The notes beneath the pieces are model-generated. The model had not been told where the DNA came from and made no database searches. It saw nothing but the letters and a program-made list of their open reading frames with translations. A stretch of DNA of 64,000 nt. Source: Vulcanimicrobiales bacterium. GTDB lineage: Bacteria; Vulcanimicrobiota; Vulcanimicrobiia; Vulcanimicrobiales; Vulcanimicrobiaceae. Both the position numbers and the translations under genes were made by a program. This document shows positions 45,296 to 54,761 of the stretch, in pieces (position 1 is the first letter of the stretch; every line of letters begins with the position of its first letter). The stretch is taken from the NCBI GenBank assembly GCA_038215615.1, contig JBBQQR010000005.1, positions 1-64,000 of the forward strand, read 5' to 3'.

Positions 45296-45963
45296 AATGT
45301 CGGCAAGACCGCCGACGGCAGCGCTCGCGGAGAATGGAACGTCGACTTCGGCAGAGCCGGCGGAAACTGGTAGCCGCTGAACGTGATGCGTTCGCGTGCG
45401 GCCCGTCCGTTCACGGTACCCTGCACGGCAATCGAAAGCGGCACCCAATATTTTCCGGCCGCGGTGAACGCGAGCGTCCCGTCGCCGCGCGCTCCGGCGC
45501 CTGTGCTGTAAAAGCGGATCTCGCGCGGCAAGAACGTTTTTCCGTCGATGGTCAGCGTACGCACGGTAAAAGCGGCTGGCGGCCCGAGTGCGACGGCGCG
45601 GTAGAGGTAGTCGTACCTGCCGTTGGTCACGATCGGCCGAACGAACAGAAAAACGTACCGCGCCGTACGGGGCGCGAGATCGTGCAGCGTGTAACGGTTG
45701 CGGTAACGCGCGATGCGCGTCGTTTTTTGCTTGACGCCGTCAACGACCAGCGTTTCATCGCGCACAAGGCTGCCGCTGCGGTACACGCGATGCATTTGAT
45801 CGATATCTTGCGGACCGGCCTGCGAGACGGCATACAGAAAAACGAGCGTCTGCGGATCTTTGGTCGCGGTCAAACGCGCTTCATAACGCTGCAGCACCAG
45901 CTGCGAATCGAGCAATTTTGGCGCAGTCACCGATGCGGCGAACAGCGCGAGCGCGGCGATCAT
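45292..45963 (-). CDS. Secreted hypothetical protein (possible LolA-like fold)
   Basis: Signal peptide; LTIDGKTFLPREI motif; ATGA overlap with alaS. Confidence 0.65.
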   Translation of the reverse strand: MIAALALFAASVTAPKLLDSQLVLQRYEARLTATKDPQTLVFLYAVSQAGPQDIDQMHRVYRSGSLVRDETLVVDGVKQKTTRIARYRNRYTLHDLAPRTARYVFLFVRPIVTNGRYDYLYRAVALGPPAAFTVRTLTIDGKTFLPREIRFYSTGAGARGDGTLAFTAAGKYWVPLSIAVQGTVNGRAARERITFSGYQFPPALPKSTFHSPRALPSAVLPTF

Positions 45964-48581
45964 GCCGGGAGAACCGCGTCGCGGATCGCCTTGAGCGCAG
46001 CCTCGGCGCCGCCGGGATTTTTTCCGCCGCCCTGCGCTTGGCCCGGCTGTCCGCCGCCGCGCCCGTCGATCAGCGGCGCGGCCAGCTTGACCAGATTGCC
46101 GGCGTGCACGCCGGCTTTCACGAGATCGTCGCTAACGCTGACGAGTAAACTCACCGTCTGGCCATCAATTCCCGCCAATGCGATGGCGCCGCTGCGCACG
46201 CGTTGGCGTATCGCGCTGTTCAAATGCCGCAGCGCTTCGGCGCCTGCGTCGGGCACGACGGCGCCGACAAAGCTGCGGTCGCCCTTGCGTTCGACGCTGT
46301 CGACGTAGCTTTGCGCGTCGGCCGCCGCCAGTTTCGCTTTGAGATCGCCGACCGCGCTCTGTAGTTCCTTGACATCGCTTTGCAGTTTTTCGATGCGGTC
46401 GCCCAACTCGTCGGGGTTGGCCGCCAACGTAGTCGCGAGGTTGCCGACGAGCTCTTGCTGGTGCTGCACGAACTCTTCCGCAGTGCGCGAAACGCACGAC
46501 TCGATGCGCCGGATGCCGCTTCCAATCGAAAATTCGCTCAGGATCAGAAACAAGCCGAGCTCGCCGGTGGAATGGGCATGCGTGCCGCCACAAAACTCGA
46601 CCGACGGTCCGGCGGTCACGACGCGGACCTGCTCGCCATATTTTTCACCGAACATCATGATCGCGCCACTCGCGCGCGCTTCTTCGATCGGCAGCACGCG
46701 CGTCTCCAGCGGCGTGTCGTCGCGGATCATCTCGTTGACGCGGTGCGCGATCTGCCTTTTTTGCGCGGGCTCGAGCGCGCCGTGCGGCCAGCGAAAATCG
46801 AAACGCATCCGGTCGATGCCAACCCACGAACCGGCTTGCGTGACATCGTCGCCCAGCACGTCTTTAAGCGCGCGCTGCAGCAAGTGCGCCGACGTATGGT
46901 GGCGCCTGATCTCGCGCCTCCACTCCGCCGCAACTTCCGTGCGAACTCGATCGCCGACTCGAAGTTCGCCCGAACGAACCGTGCCCGAATGCGAGATCGC
47001 TTCACCGGCGTATTGCGTATCGGCGACTTCAAACGAGGCGCCGTTATCTGAATCCGCCTGATACAACATGCCGCGGTCGCCGATCTGTCCGCCTTTTTCG
47101 GCATAGAACGACGTCCGATCGAGCAGCACGTCACCGCGCTCGCCTTCGAACAGCTCCGCGACCGGTTCGCCGTCTTTGAGCAGCGCCGTGATCGTACCCT
47201 CGTCTTCCAATCCCTCGTAGCCGCTGAACTCGCTCTTGATTGCGGGCAGATCGGCGACGGCCACGGCCGGCCGCTTCGACGCGGCATCGCGGCGCGCGCG
47301 TTCGCGCTGCTCGTTCATGGCTAGTTCGAAGCCGGGCATGTCGACGCTCAAGCCTCGTTCCGCGGCGATCTCGCGCGTCAGTTCGACCGGAAAGCCAAAC
47401 GTGTCGTGCAGTTCGAAGGCCGCTTGTCCCGGCACGACGTTGCTCTTACGGATCTCGGGCTCGTCGAAGAGCGCGGCACTGCGCGCCATCCCGCGTTCGA
47501 GCGTGCGGTCAAAAGTTTGTTCTTCAATGCGCAGCGCATCGGCGATCCGCGCTTGATTCGCCCGCAGCTCGGGATAGCCGGATTCGAGTGACGTCACGAC
47601 GACGGGAACGAGGCCGGTCAAGAAACCGTCGGGATACCCGAGGAGCCGCCCGTTGCGAATGGCGCGGCGGATGAGAAAGCGCAGCACGTAGCCGCGATCG
47701 TTGTTACTCGGATAGACGCCGTCGTTGATCAGGAACGTGACGGCACGAATGTGATCGGCGATGATGTTGCGGCGTTCGAGCTGCTCTTTTTCGGAAAGCG
47801 TGATTTTCCCAACGCGCGGCTGCGCGTCGATGAGGCCGGTGAAGAGATCGGTTTCGTACATCGATCGCTTGCCGTTGGCAATCGCGAGCGTACGGTCAAA
47901 GCCCATCCCGGTGTCGATTTGTTTGCGCGGCAACTCTTCCAGCGCGCCGTCGGTGCCGCGATTGAACTGCTGAAAAACCAGATTCCAGAACTCGACGAAA
48001 CGATCGCCTTTGTTCGGTCCGTTGTCGTCCGGCCCGGCCGCGCATTCCGGGCCGTTATCGTAGAAGAGCTCCGTGCACGGACCGCATGGTCCGGTGGCTC
48101 CCATCGTCCAAAAGTTCTCTTCGTCGAAACGCGTGATCCGTTCGGGCGGAATGCCGAGCTCGTGCCAGATCTTTTCCGCCTCGTCGTCGCCGGTGTGCAC
48201 GGTGATCGCGATGCGCTTGGGATCGAGTTTGAGAACCTTGGTCACAAACTCCCACGCGTAGCCGATCGCCTCGCGTTTGTAGTAGCCGCCGAAACTGAAG
48301 TTGCCGAGCATTTCCATCAGCGTGCCGTGGCGGCCGGTCCGCCCCACGTGTTCGATATCGCTCTTTGCCCCGGCGACGCGCAGACAGCGCTGGACGGTCA
48401 CGACGTTCTCCGCCGGCGGCGGCTCGTCACCTATGAAGGCCGGAACGAATTGCTCCATGCCCGCGATTGTGAACAGCGTCGTCGACATCGCGTCCGGAAT
48501 CAAGCTCGCAGACTGAACGTGCTTGTGCCCTCGCGACGTAAAAAACTCGACGAACGCCGAGCGCAACTCCTGGCTCTTCAT
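45960..48581 (-). CDS. alaS: Alanine--tRNA ligase
   Basis: LFTIAGM, EMLGNFSFG, DTGMG, HHTSAHLL, EFCGGTH, GRGGG. Confidence 0.98.
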   Translation of the reverse strand: MKSQELRSAFVEFFTSRGHKHVQSASLIPDAMSTTLFTIAGMEQFVPAFIGDEPPPAENVVTVQRCLRVAGAKSDIEHVGRTGRHGTLMEMLGNFSFGGYYKREAIGYAWEFVTKVLKLDPKRIAITVHTGDDEAEKIWHELGIPPERITRFDEENFWTMGATGPCGPCTELFYDNGPECAAGPDDNGPNKGDRFVEFWNLVFQQFNRGTDGALEELPRKQIDTGMGFDRTLAIANGKRSMYETDLFTGLIDAQPRVGKITLSEKEQLERRNIIADHIRAVTFLINDGVYPSNNDRGYVLRFLIRRAIRNGRLLGYPDGFLTGLVPVVVTSLESGYPELRANQARIADALRIEEQTFDRTLERGMARSAALFDEPEIRKSNVVPGQAAFELHDTFGFPVELTREIAAERGLSVDMPGFELAMNEQRERARRDAASKRPAVAVADLPAIKSEFSGYEGLEDEGTITALLKDGEPVAELFEGERGDVLLDRTSFYAEKGGQIGDRGMLYQADSDNGASFEVADTQYAGEAISHSGTVRSGELRVGDRVRTEVAAEWRREIRRHHTSAHLLQRALKDVLGDDVTQAGSWVGIDRMRFDFRWPHGALEPAQKRQIAHRVNEMIRDDTPLETRVLPIEEARASGAIMMFGEKYGEQVRVVTAGPSVEFCGGTHAHSTGELGLFLILSEFSIGSGIRRIESCVSRTAEEFVQHQQELVGNLATTLAANPDELGDRIEKLQSDVKELQSAVGDLKAKLAAADAQSYVDSVERKGDRSFVGAVVPDAGAEALRHLNSAIRQRVRSGAIALAGIDGQTVSLLVSVSDDLVKAGVHAGNLVKLAAPLIDGRGGGQPGQAQGGGKNPGGAEAALKAIRDAVLPA

Positions 48582-48620
48582 AAAGATCGGTTCGGTATTG
48601 GCGGGTTTTGGGGCTGGGGC

Positions 48621-49409
48621 CTACTCCTGCAGCACGTGGCGGAGTTTTTCGAGCGCTTTCTGCTGGAGCCGCGAAACGTGCATCTGCGACACGTTCAACC
48701 GCTTTGCGATCTCCGTTTGAGAGATGCTCTCGTAAAAACGCAGGTAGAGAATGACGCGCTCTCGGCCGCTCAGCACTTCGAAAGCGTGCTCCAGGTTGGC
48801 TTTGTCCTCGAGCAGTGCCAGGCCGGCGTCGGTGGTTCCGATGTAATCGGCGAGCGTTTGCGATTTCTTATCGCCGTCGCCCGATAGCTCGGTGTCGAGC
48901 GAGAGCAGGTTGTAGGCTTGTCCGAGCTCTTGAGCTTCCAAGATATCTTCTTCGGTTGCATTCAAATGCTGGGCGAGCTCCGCGACGGTCGGGCTGCGGC
49001 CGACCTTCACCGAGAGTTTCTCGACCGCGCGATTGACCGCAAGATTGAGCTCTTGCAGCCGGCGCGGAACCTTCACCGCCCAGCCCTTGTCGCGGAAGTA
49101 TCGTTTGATTTCGCCGACGATGGTCGGGGTCGCGTAGGTCGTAAACTCGACGCCGCGCTCCAGGTCAAATCGATCGATCGCCTTGAGCAACCCAACGGTT
49201 CCGACTTGGATGAGATCGTCGAGCGCCTCGCCGCGGTTGGCGAATTTCACTGCCAAGTACCGCACCAAATTGAGATGCGCGACGACCAGCTCGCTGCGCA
49301 GCTTGTCGTATTCGGGCGTTCCGGGATGTTTTTTGGCTTCGGCAAAACGCCCGAAAGCTTCGCGCGTCTTGTGCCTATCCCAACGCTCTTCGTCGGAGTG
49401 CGAATGCAC
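48621..49409 (-). CDS. SigB/SigF/SigG-family sigma factor
   Basis: DDLIQVG.VGLLKAIDRFD, YATPTIVGEIKRYFRD, VSQMHVSRL. Confidence 0.95.
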   Translation of the reverse strand: MHSHSDEERWDRHKTREAFGRFAEAKKHPGTPEYDKLRSELVVAHLNLVRYLAVKFANRGEALDDLIQVGTVGLLKAIDRFDLERGVEFTTYATPTIVGEIKRYFRDKGWAVKVPRRLQELNLAVNRAVEKLSVKVGRSPTVAELAQHLNATEEDILEAQELGQAYNLLSLDTELSGDGDKKSQTLADYIGTTDAGLALLEDKANLEHAFEVLSGRERVILYLRFYESISQTEIAKRLNVSQMHVSRLQQKALEKLRHVLQE

Positions 49410-49418
49410 TACAGCACG

Positions 49419-49844
49419 CTAATGGGCGACTTTTTTTGTCATCACGAGATTCGTTCCACCATCGCCAACGTCGTACTCGACATAATCCATGAGGGATCGA
49501 ATCAGGAAGACTCCTAGCCCGCCAACGGTCGGTTCGTCCGTCCGGCGCGAGCGAATTCCCTCGGAACGCGTACCGCTCCCGAAGTCGCGAACGCGAACCG
49601 TCAAGCCTTCGGGTCCGGTCTCGCAAGTGATTTGGATTTGGTCGCTGCCTTCCGCGTGCTGTATGCAGTTGGTGCACGCCTCGGCGACGGCCAGCTTGAC
49701 GTCCTCGATATCTTCAATCGAAAAGTTCAGTCTGTTGGCGACTGCGGCCACCGCCAAACGGGCAACGGCAACCCACTCCGCCTTGCTTGGAATGCGCAGC
49801 TCGACGACACCGAGCGTCCCCGGCTGCGCGACGGGCTGGTTCAA
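49419..49844 (-). CDS. rsbW: Anti-sigma factor kinase (RsbW-like)
   Basis: IEDVKLAVAEACTNCIQHA, VRDFG.G, GGLGVFLIRSLMD. Confidence 0.92.
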   Translation of the reverse strand: MNQPVAQPGTLGVVELRIPSKAEWVAVARLAVAAVANRLNFSIEDIEDVKLAVAEACTNCIQHAEGSDQIQITCETGPEGLTVRVRDFGSGTRSEGIRSRRTDEPTVGGLGVFLIRSLMDYVEYDVGDGGTNLVMTKKVAH

Positions 49845-50185
49845 ACCAGAGCCTGCATCGCCGCATCCTCGTCATCGTATATGCCGAAGATCTTCACCAA
49901 GCCCGTGATGTCGAAGATCTTCTTGATCTGAGGATTCGTGCAAACGAGGTTCACCGTACCGCCGTGTTCGCGGACGCGTTTGAGTCCGCCGATCAGAACG
50001 CCCAAACCGGTCGAATCGATGTAGCGCACTTTCTCCAAGTTGATCACAAGATTGTAGTGACCCTTGTCGATCAGTTCGCCGATGGCATCTTTGACCTTGG
50101 GCGACGTGTAGACGTCGATCTCGCCGTTGAGGTCGACGACGTACGAATCGCCCTTGGATTCCCGAACGTCTACTTTGATATCCAT
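49841..50185 (-). CDS. rsbV: Anti-anti-sigma factor (RsbV-like STAS protein)
   Basis: GEIDVYTSP, YIDSTGLGVL. Confidence 0.94.
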   Translation of the reverse strand: MDIKVDVRESKGDSYVVDLNGEIDVYTSPKVKDAIGELIDKGHYNLVINLEKVRYIDSTGLGVLIGGLKRVREHGGTVNLVCTNPQIKKIFDITGLVKIFGIYDDEDAAMQALV

Positions 50186-50191
50186 GTGCTC

Positions 50192-50467
50192 CTATGTTTC
50201 CGACGCTTTGGGCGTCACATCGTCATTCATGTTCGAACGTGCCGAATCGACCACGTCCCGTCCGCGCTGATACAGGTCGCGCAAATCTCCCGTGGCATCC
50301 ATCGCGCGATTGCCCGCTTCCCGCGCTTTACCCACGATCATATCGCGCGCATCCTCTTGCAGGATGACATAGGCGAGGATTCCGCCGGCGATCGCACCGG
50401 CCACGAATCCGCCGATGAAGCCGTTTCCGCGCGGCCGCGCGCTACCGTTATTCTGCTGTTCGTTCAC
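50192..50467 (-). CDS. YtxH-like general stress protein
   Basis: GFIGGFVAGAIAGGILA N-terminal helix. Confidence 0.7.
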   Translation of the reverse strand: MNEQQNNGSARPRGNGFIGGFVAGAIAGGILAYVILQEDARDMIVGKAREAGNRAMDATGDLRDLYQRGRDVVDSARSNMNDDVTPKASET

Positions 50468-50871
50468 GATGGTTCTCCGTTCGAATTGCCGCGCACGATG
50501 CGACGCAGCCCCGCACTAATTCCGCCAAGTGTCGCTCCGACGTTGACGATCGCAGGCGAGATTGCTTCCTGCGTCACTTTGGCGGCGCTGGCAACCGAAC
50601 CGGCGACTTGCTCGAGCGACGAGACCGCTCCCGACAAACGCGCGATCGTGCGATCCGCGGTGTCGGCGATGCCGCCGACGTGCGTCAGCGTTTCGGCGAC
50701 CGGTTTCCCGAGCGCGGCCATCTGCTCGTCGACGCCGTCGAGCGTCCGGTTGACCCGGCGCAACGTGCGCGCCAAACTCAGCATCGCGAGAAAGATGCCC
50801 AGCCCCGCTAGAAATGCGCCCAGCCCTCCCGCAACATCGAGAAAGGCGGCCCAACTAAAGCCCGTATTCAA
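50464..50871 (-). CDS. DUF948/YtxG-like membrane-anchored coiled-coil protein
   Basis: GGAGG SD and TTG start overlapping the iscS stop; TM helix followed by heptad repeats. Confidence 0.75.
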   Translation of the reverse strand: MNTGFSWAAFLDVAGGLGAFLAGLGIFLAMLSLARTLRRVNRTLDGVDEQMAALGKPVAETLTHVGGIADTADRTIARLSGAVSSLEQVAGSVASAAKVTQEAISPAIVNVGATLGGISAGLRRIVRGNSNGEPS

Positions 50872-52082
50872 AAATGTCCTCCGCCGGCAGTGCCTTGGCG
50901 TGAACCAAGTATTCCCCGTTCTGCTTGGTTTGAAAAGCCGAATGCGGCGCGCATCCCCGACACTCCCCGTTCCAATATCTCCCCGGCGCGAGTTATTTCT
51001 TCCTCGGTGGTTAGGCGCCCGAGGGAGAGCCTTACCACGCCCCGCGACCACTCCGGACCCAGGCCGAGAGCCGCAACGACGTGACTGGGCTCGACCACAC
51101 CCGACGAGCAGGCGCTGCCGGCGGAAACTGCCAGCCCGTCGAGATCGAGCCGGGCTAACAGCCGGTCCCCTTCAATGCCCGAAAATGACAGGCTCAAGTT
51201 GTTGGGCAGGCGCGGCGCGCCGCCCCCGTTCACCCGCACTCCCTCGAGCCGCTCGCGGACGAGCCTCTGCAGACGGTCGCGCAATTTTTCCGCGCGGGGC
51301 GCGGCTTCGTCGCGCTCGGCGGCCGTCAGTTCCAGCGCGCGAGCCATCCCCACGATGCCCGCAACGTTCTCGGTCCCCGCGCGCTTGGCGAACTCTTGTC
51401 CGCCGCCATGCACCTGCGCCGCGAGTGGCGTCCCCTCGCGCACAAACAGTGCGCCGACGCCCTTCGGGCCGTAAAACTTATGGGCCGCAATCGACAGCAG
51501 ATCCACGCCGAGCTCGCGCACGTCGAGCGGCAAGTACGCCGGCGCCTGCACGGCATCGGTATGGAAGAGCGCGCCGCGTTCGTGCGCCAGCGCCGCGAGC
51601 TGCGCGATGGGCGCGATCGTTCCGATCTCGTTGTTTGCGTAAGCGACCGACGCAAGCACGGTATCGTCGCGCAGCGCTGCCGCAAACTCTTGAGGATCAA
51701 CGCAACCTTCCGTATCGACGGGCAAGAGCGTAACCTCCCAGCCTTCGTCGCGCAGCGCGTCGAGGGTATGCAAAACCGCATGGTGCTCGGTCACCACGGA
51801 GACCAGGTGGCGCCGCCGGGCTTGCGCCGCCTTCGCGACCCCGGCGATCGCGAGGTTGTCCGCCTCGGAGCCGCTGCCGGTGAAGACGATCTCCCTGGCC
51901 TTGGCTCCCAGAATGCGCGCGATCCGCTCCCGCGCGTCGTCCAGCGCCGCTCGCGCCGCCCGCCCCTCGGCGTGTACCGAGCTCGGGTTATAGCCGGCCG
52001 CGCCGTAAAACGGCAGCATGGCTTCGACCACTTCCGGGCTCACCGGCGTGGTCGCGGCGTGGTCCAAATAAATTCGCGGCAT
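50868..52082 (-). CDS. iscS: Cysteine desulfurase (IscS/NifS family)
   Basis: YLDHAATTP, FHTDAVQ, AHKFYGPKG, SAGSACSSG. Confidence 0.95.
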   Translation of the reverse strand: MPRIYLDHAATTPVSPEVVEAMLPFYGAAGYNPSSVHAEGRAARAALDDARERIARILGAKAREIVFTGSGSEADNLAIAGVAKAAQARRRHLVSVVTEHHAVLHTLDALRDEGWEVTLLPVDTEGCVDPQEFAAALRDDTVLASVAYANNEIGTIAPIAQLAALAHERGALFHTDAVQAPAYLPLDVRELGVDLLSIAAHKFYGPKGVGALFVREGTPLAAQVHGGGQEFAKRAGTENVAGIVGMARALELTAAERDEAAPRAEKLRDRLQRLVRERLEGVRVNGGGAPRLPNNLSLSFSGIEGDRLLARLDLDGLAVSAGSACSSGVVEPSHVVAALGLGPEWSRGVVRLSLGRLTTEEEITRAGEILERGVSGMRAAFGFSNQAERGILGSRQGTAGGGHF

Positions 52083-52159
52083 TTCAGGATATTCTCAGAA
52101 CTCGGAGGTAGCCTTTATTCGTGCGAAGCTCCATTGCACACTCCGAAAAGTAGCAACGG

Positions 52160-52197
52160 GAAAAGGGGGTCCGGAAACGCCGGGCCTCTTTCTTTTT
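52160..52197 (+). terminator. Plus-strand intrinsic terminator, antisense to the surrounding operon
   Basis: GGGGGTCCGG-AAACG-CCGGGCCTCT followed by TTCTTTTT; three G-U pairs form only on the plus strand. Confidence 0.7.
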
Positions 52198-52201
52198 GAT
52201 G

Positions 52202-52255
52202 GCATGCACGCAGCGAGCGCGTGGCCAAGCGAAATGGGACCCGCTGCGTGCATGC
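52202..52255. repeat. Perfect 14-bp inverted repeat with a 26-nt loop
   Basis: GCATGCACGCAGCG ... CGCTGCGTGCATGC. Confidence 0.8.
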
Positions 52256-52266
52256 GACAGAAGACC

Positions 52267-53610
52267 TCACTTCGGTTTCGTTTTCCGGCGTTTTTTTATC
52301 CAGTCGATGAAACGCGATTCTTCGCCCTGCGTTCCGGGATTGAAATAGGCGCGGCTGGCGATATTTTCCGGCAGATATGATTGCAGCCGTTCTGCGGGCG
52401 GCAAATCGCCGGACTCTGACCGATATTTTTCGGATGCGTGCGCGTACTCGTATTCTTTTCCGTAGCCTAATTCGCGCATGAGCCCGGTCGGCGCGTTGCG
52501 CAAATGTAACGGCACCGGATCGTTGCGGGTGCCCTCTACGTCGGCGAGCGCCGCGCTGTAGGCGCGGCCGACGCTGTTGCTCTTGGGCGCCGTCGCGAGA
52601 TAGAGCGTGCAGTGCGCAAGCGGATAGAAGCCCTCGGGCAGGCCGACGAAGTGCACGGCTTGCTGCGCGGCCATCGCAACGGAAAGGCCGCGCGAGTCGG
52701 CGAGTCCGACATCTTCCGACGCGAGTATAACGAGGCGACGCGCAATGAAAAGCGGGGCTTCGCCCGCATCGAGCATGCGCGCAAGCCAGTAGACCGCTGC
52801 GTCAGGATCGCTTCCGCGAATACTTTTGATGAAGGCGCTGATGACGTCGTAGTGGTTCTCGCCGCCCTTATCGTAACTGATCGAGCGCCGCTGCATCGCA
52901 TCGGCGATCAGCGTCGCGCTGATGGTGCGCGTGCCCTCCGATTCGGGCGCGGCGTTGACCGCGAACTCGAGGGTGCCGAGCGCGACGCGCGCGTCGCCGT
53001 TGGAAAGCGATACGAGCGCGGCGCGCGCGTTTGGTTCGAGGCAAACAGATCGCGTTCCGAGGCCGTTTTCCTTATCGATCAGTGCGCGATCGACGATTGC
53101 TGCGACCTGTTCGTCGGTCAGCGCTTTAAGAACGAAAACGCGCGAGCGGGAAAGTAACGCCGAGATGACTTCGAACGACGGGTTTTCCGTGGTCGCGCCG
53201 ATCAGCGTGATCGTGCCGTCCTCAACGTAAGGAAGAACCGCGTCTTGCTGCGCCTTGTTGAAGCGATGAATTTCGTCGACGAAAAGAACCGAGCGCTTTC
53301 CCAGGGCGCGGCGGTGCTGCGCCTCGGCGACGACGCGGCGCAGATCCGCGACGCCCGCACTCACTGCGGATAGCGAACTGAAATGCGCGCCGGTCATGTT
53401 GGCGATGATTTCCGCCAGCGTGGTCTTCCCGGTTCCGGGCGGACCCCATAAGATCAGCGACGGAACCGTGTCGTTCTCGATCGCGCGCCGCAGCGCGCGG
53501 CCTTCGCCGACGATCTGTTCTTGTCCGACGAACTCGTCGAGCGAGCGCGGCCGCATCCGGGCGGCCAGCGGCGCTGGACCCGCCGCGGAGCCGAACAGAC
53601 TAGGATCCAC
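52267..53610 (-). CDS. rarA: Replication-associated recombination protein A (RarA/MgsA)
   Basis: PLAARMRP, WGPPGTGKTT, DEIHRFNKAQQD, ISAFIKSIRGSDPD. Confidence 0.97.
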   Translation of the reverse strand: MDPSLFGSAAGPAPLAARMRPRSLDEFVGQEQIVGEGRALRRAIENDTVPSLILWGPPGTGKTTLAEIIANMTGAHFSSLSAVSAGVADLRRVVAEAQHRRALGKRSVLFVDEIHRFNKAQQDAVLPYVEDGTITLIGATTENPSFEVISALLSRSRVFVLKALTDEQVAAIVDRALIDKENGLGTRSVCLEPNARAALVSLSNGDARVALGTLEFAVNAAPESEGTRTISATLIADAMQRRSISYDKGGENHYDVISAFIKSIRGSDPDAAVYWLARMLDAGEAPLFIARRLVILASEDVGLADSRGLSVAMAAQQAVHFVGLPEGFYPLAHCTLYLATAPKSNSVGRAYSAALADVEGTRNDPVPLHLRNAPTGLMRELGYGKEYEYAHASEKYRSESGDLPPAERLQSYLPENIASRAYFNPGTQGEESRFIDWIKKRRKTKPK

Positions 53611-54276
53611 TTACGGAATCTTGGGGCCGCGCAGAATGATCGGTTTCGGCGTCGCAATCGAGGGAGTGATGCCGGGGAAGACCATCATGGCGTTGCCGTC
53701 CGCTTCGCCGTCGCCGGAGATCGTGTTGTAGGTAGCGGTGTCCGCGTCGAGCGTGCGTTCGCCTTGCACGACGTGCACTTTTCCGGAAAGGTCGAGCCGG
53801 TGGGTGATGTCGTTGAGGTGCGCCTTCTGCGCGTCGACAGTCGTTTGGCCCTGCACGTAATGAACGCTGCCATCGGCATCGTAAAGGTGCGTAACATCGT
53901 TTACTGTGACCGTGTCGGCGGTCAGCGTTGCGGCATCGCGTCTGACGGCCGCCGCACTCTTCAATCCGAACGTCCCGCTCGCGTCGTGCACGCTAACGTT
54001 TCCTGAAAGCACAGCCTGCTTTTTCCGGTAATTGCCGGTCGCGCGATCCGCTTGCACGATCGACCCGTCGGCTCGCGTCATCGTGACGTGTTTGGGAGCC
54101 TTGAATGCTCCCGTTTTTAGATTCGCTTCAACTTCGGTTGTGGTTAGCGTCCATGCGCCGACCGCTGCCGAGCTCTTGGCGGGCGGCGAGGCTTTTTTCG
54201 GCGCAGCGCTTGCCAAAGCTCCGCCAGCCGCGGCGAGCAGCATCAGCCAAGCGGCCACGGCTTTGCGCACGCTCAT
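53611..54276 (-). CDS. LptA/OstA-family beta-jellyroll protein
   Basis: Signal peptide; repeated ADRA..N, LSGNV and GSVHYVQG units. Confidence 0.75.
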   Translation of the reverse strand: MSVRKAVAAWLMLLAAAGGALASAAPKKASPPAKSSAAVGAWTLTTTEVEANLKTGAFKAPKHVTMTRADGSIVQADRATGNYRKKQAVLSGNVSVHDASGTFGLKSAAAVRRDAATLTADTVTVNDVTHLYDADGSVHYVQGQTTVDAQKAHLNDITHRLDLSGKVHVVQGERTLDADTATYNTISGDGEADGNAMMVFPGITPSIATPKPIILRGPKIP

Positions 54277-54761
54277 TGGTGCAGCGTTACGTTTCCATAG
54301 AGATGCAAGTCGTGAGTGAAGCCGTTCATGATCGCGCGATCGGCCGTGACGTAACTCCCGCCCTGAATAAAGTGCACGTGGCCCGTTGCGTTATACATTT
54401 TTGTAACGCCGTCAATTTGCAGCGCATCGCACGTGAGCGTAGCGGGTTTGGATCCGCCCAGCGTTCCGCTGCCGAAGTTCGTGAGCACGCCGTTGCGGTC
54501 GTGGAGCGACACGTTTCCCTGCAAGTAGGCTTGTTTGGTTTTCGTGTTGCCGTTGGCACGGTCGGCTTGGATGTCGCTCCCGGTACGCGTCAGCCGAACG
54601 TGTCCGGGCGTGGAGAACGAGCCCGTCTGGTAGTTCCAGTCGAGTTCGCCCGTGCTGACTTGCCAGTCGCTGAAGTTGAACCCGGCCGCCGGACGCGACA
54701 GCGGAGCCGCTGCCAGCAGCGCGACGCCAAGCACCAGGAACAGCGTATGTATCTTTTTCAT
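54273..54761 (-). CDS. LptA/OstA-family beta-jellyroll protein (paralog)
   Basis: IQADRANGN, LQGNVSLHD, ATGHVHFIQG; ATGA overlap. Confidence 0.75.
   Translation of the reverse strand: MKKIHTLFLVLGVALLAAAPLSRPAAGFNFSDWQVSTGELDWNYQTGSFSTPGHVRLTRTGSDIQADRANGNTKTKQAYLQGNVSLHDRNGVLTNFGSGTLGGSKPATLTCDALQIDGVTKMYNATGHVHFIQGGSYVTADRAIMNGFTHDLHLYGNVTLHQ

Noticed and set aside
48605..48625. Third GWG peptide (GFWGWGL on the plus strand)
   Set aside because: Lacks PK-x-stop, lies in a shadow ORF and has no start signal.
49787..51733. 648-aa plus-strand ORF
   Set aside because: Antisense shadow of rsbV, ytxH-like, DUF948-like and iscS; Arg/Pro-rich with no motifs. Typical of high-GC DNA.
52083..52266. 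6S RNA or a known riboswitch (fluoride, SAM-II, c-di-GMP)
   Set aside because: No long rod with central bubble and no full consensus match by eye; kept only as an unknown RNA candidate.
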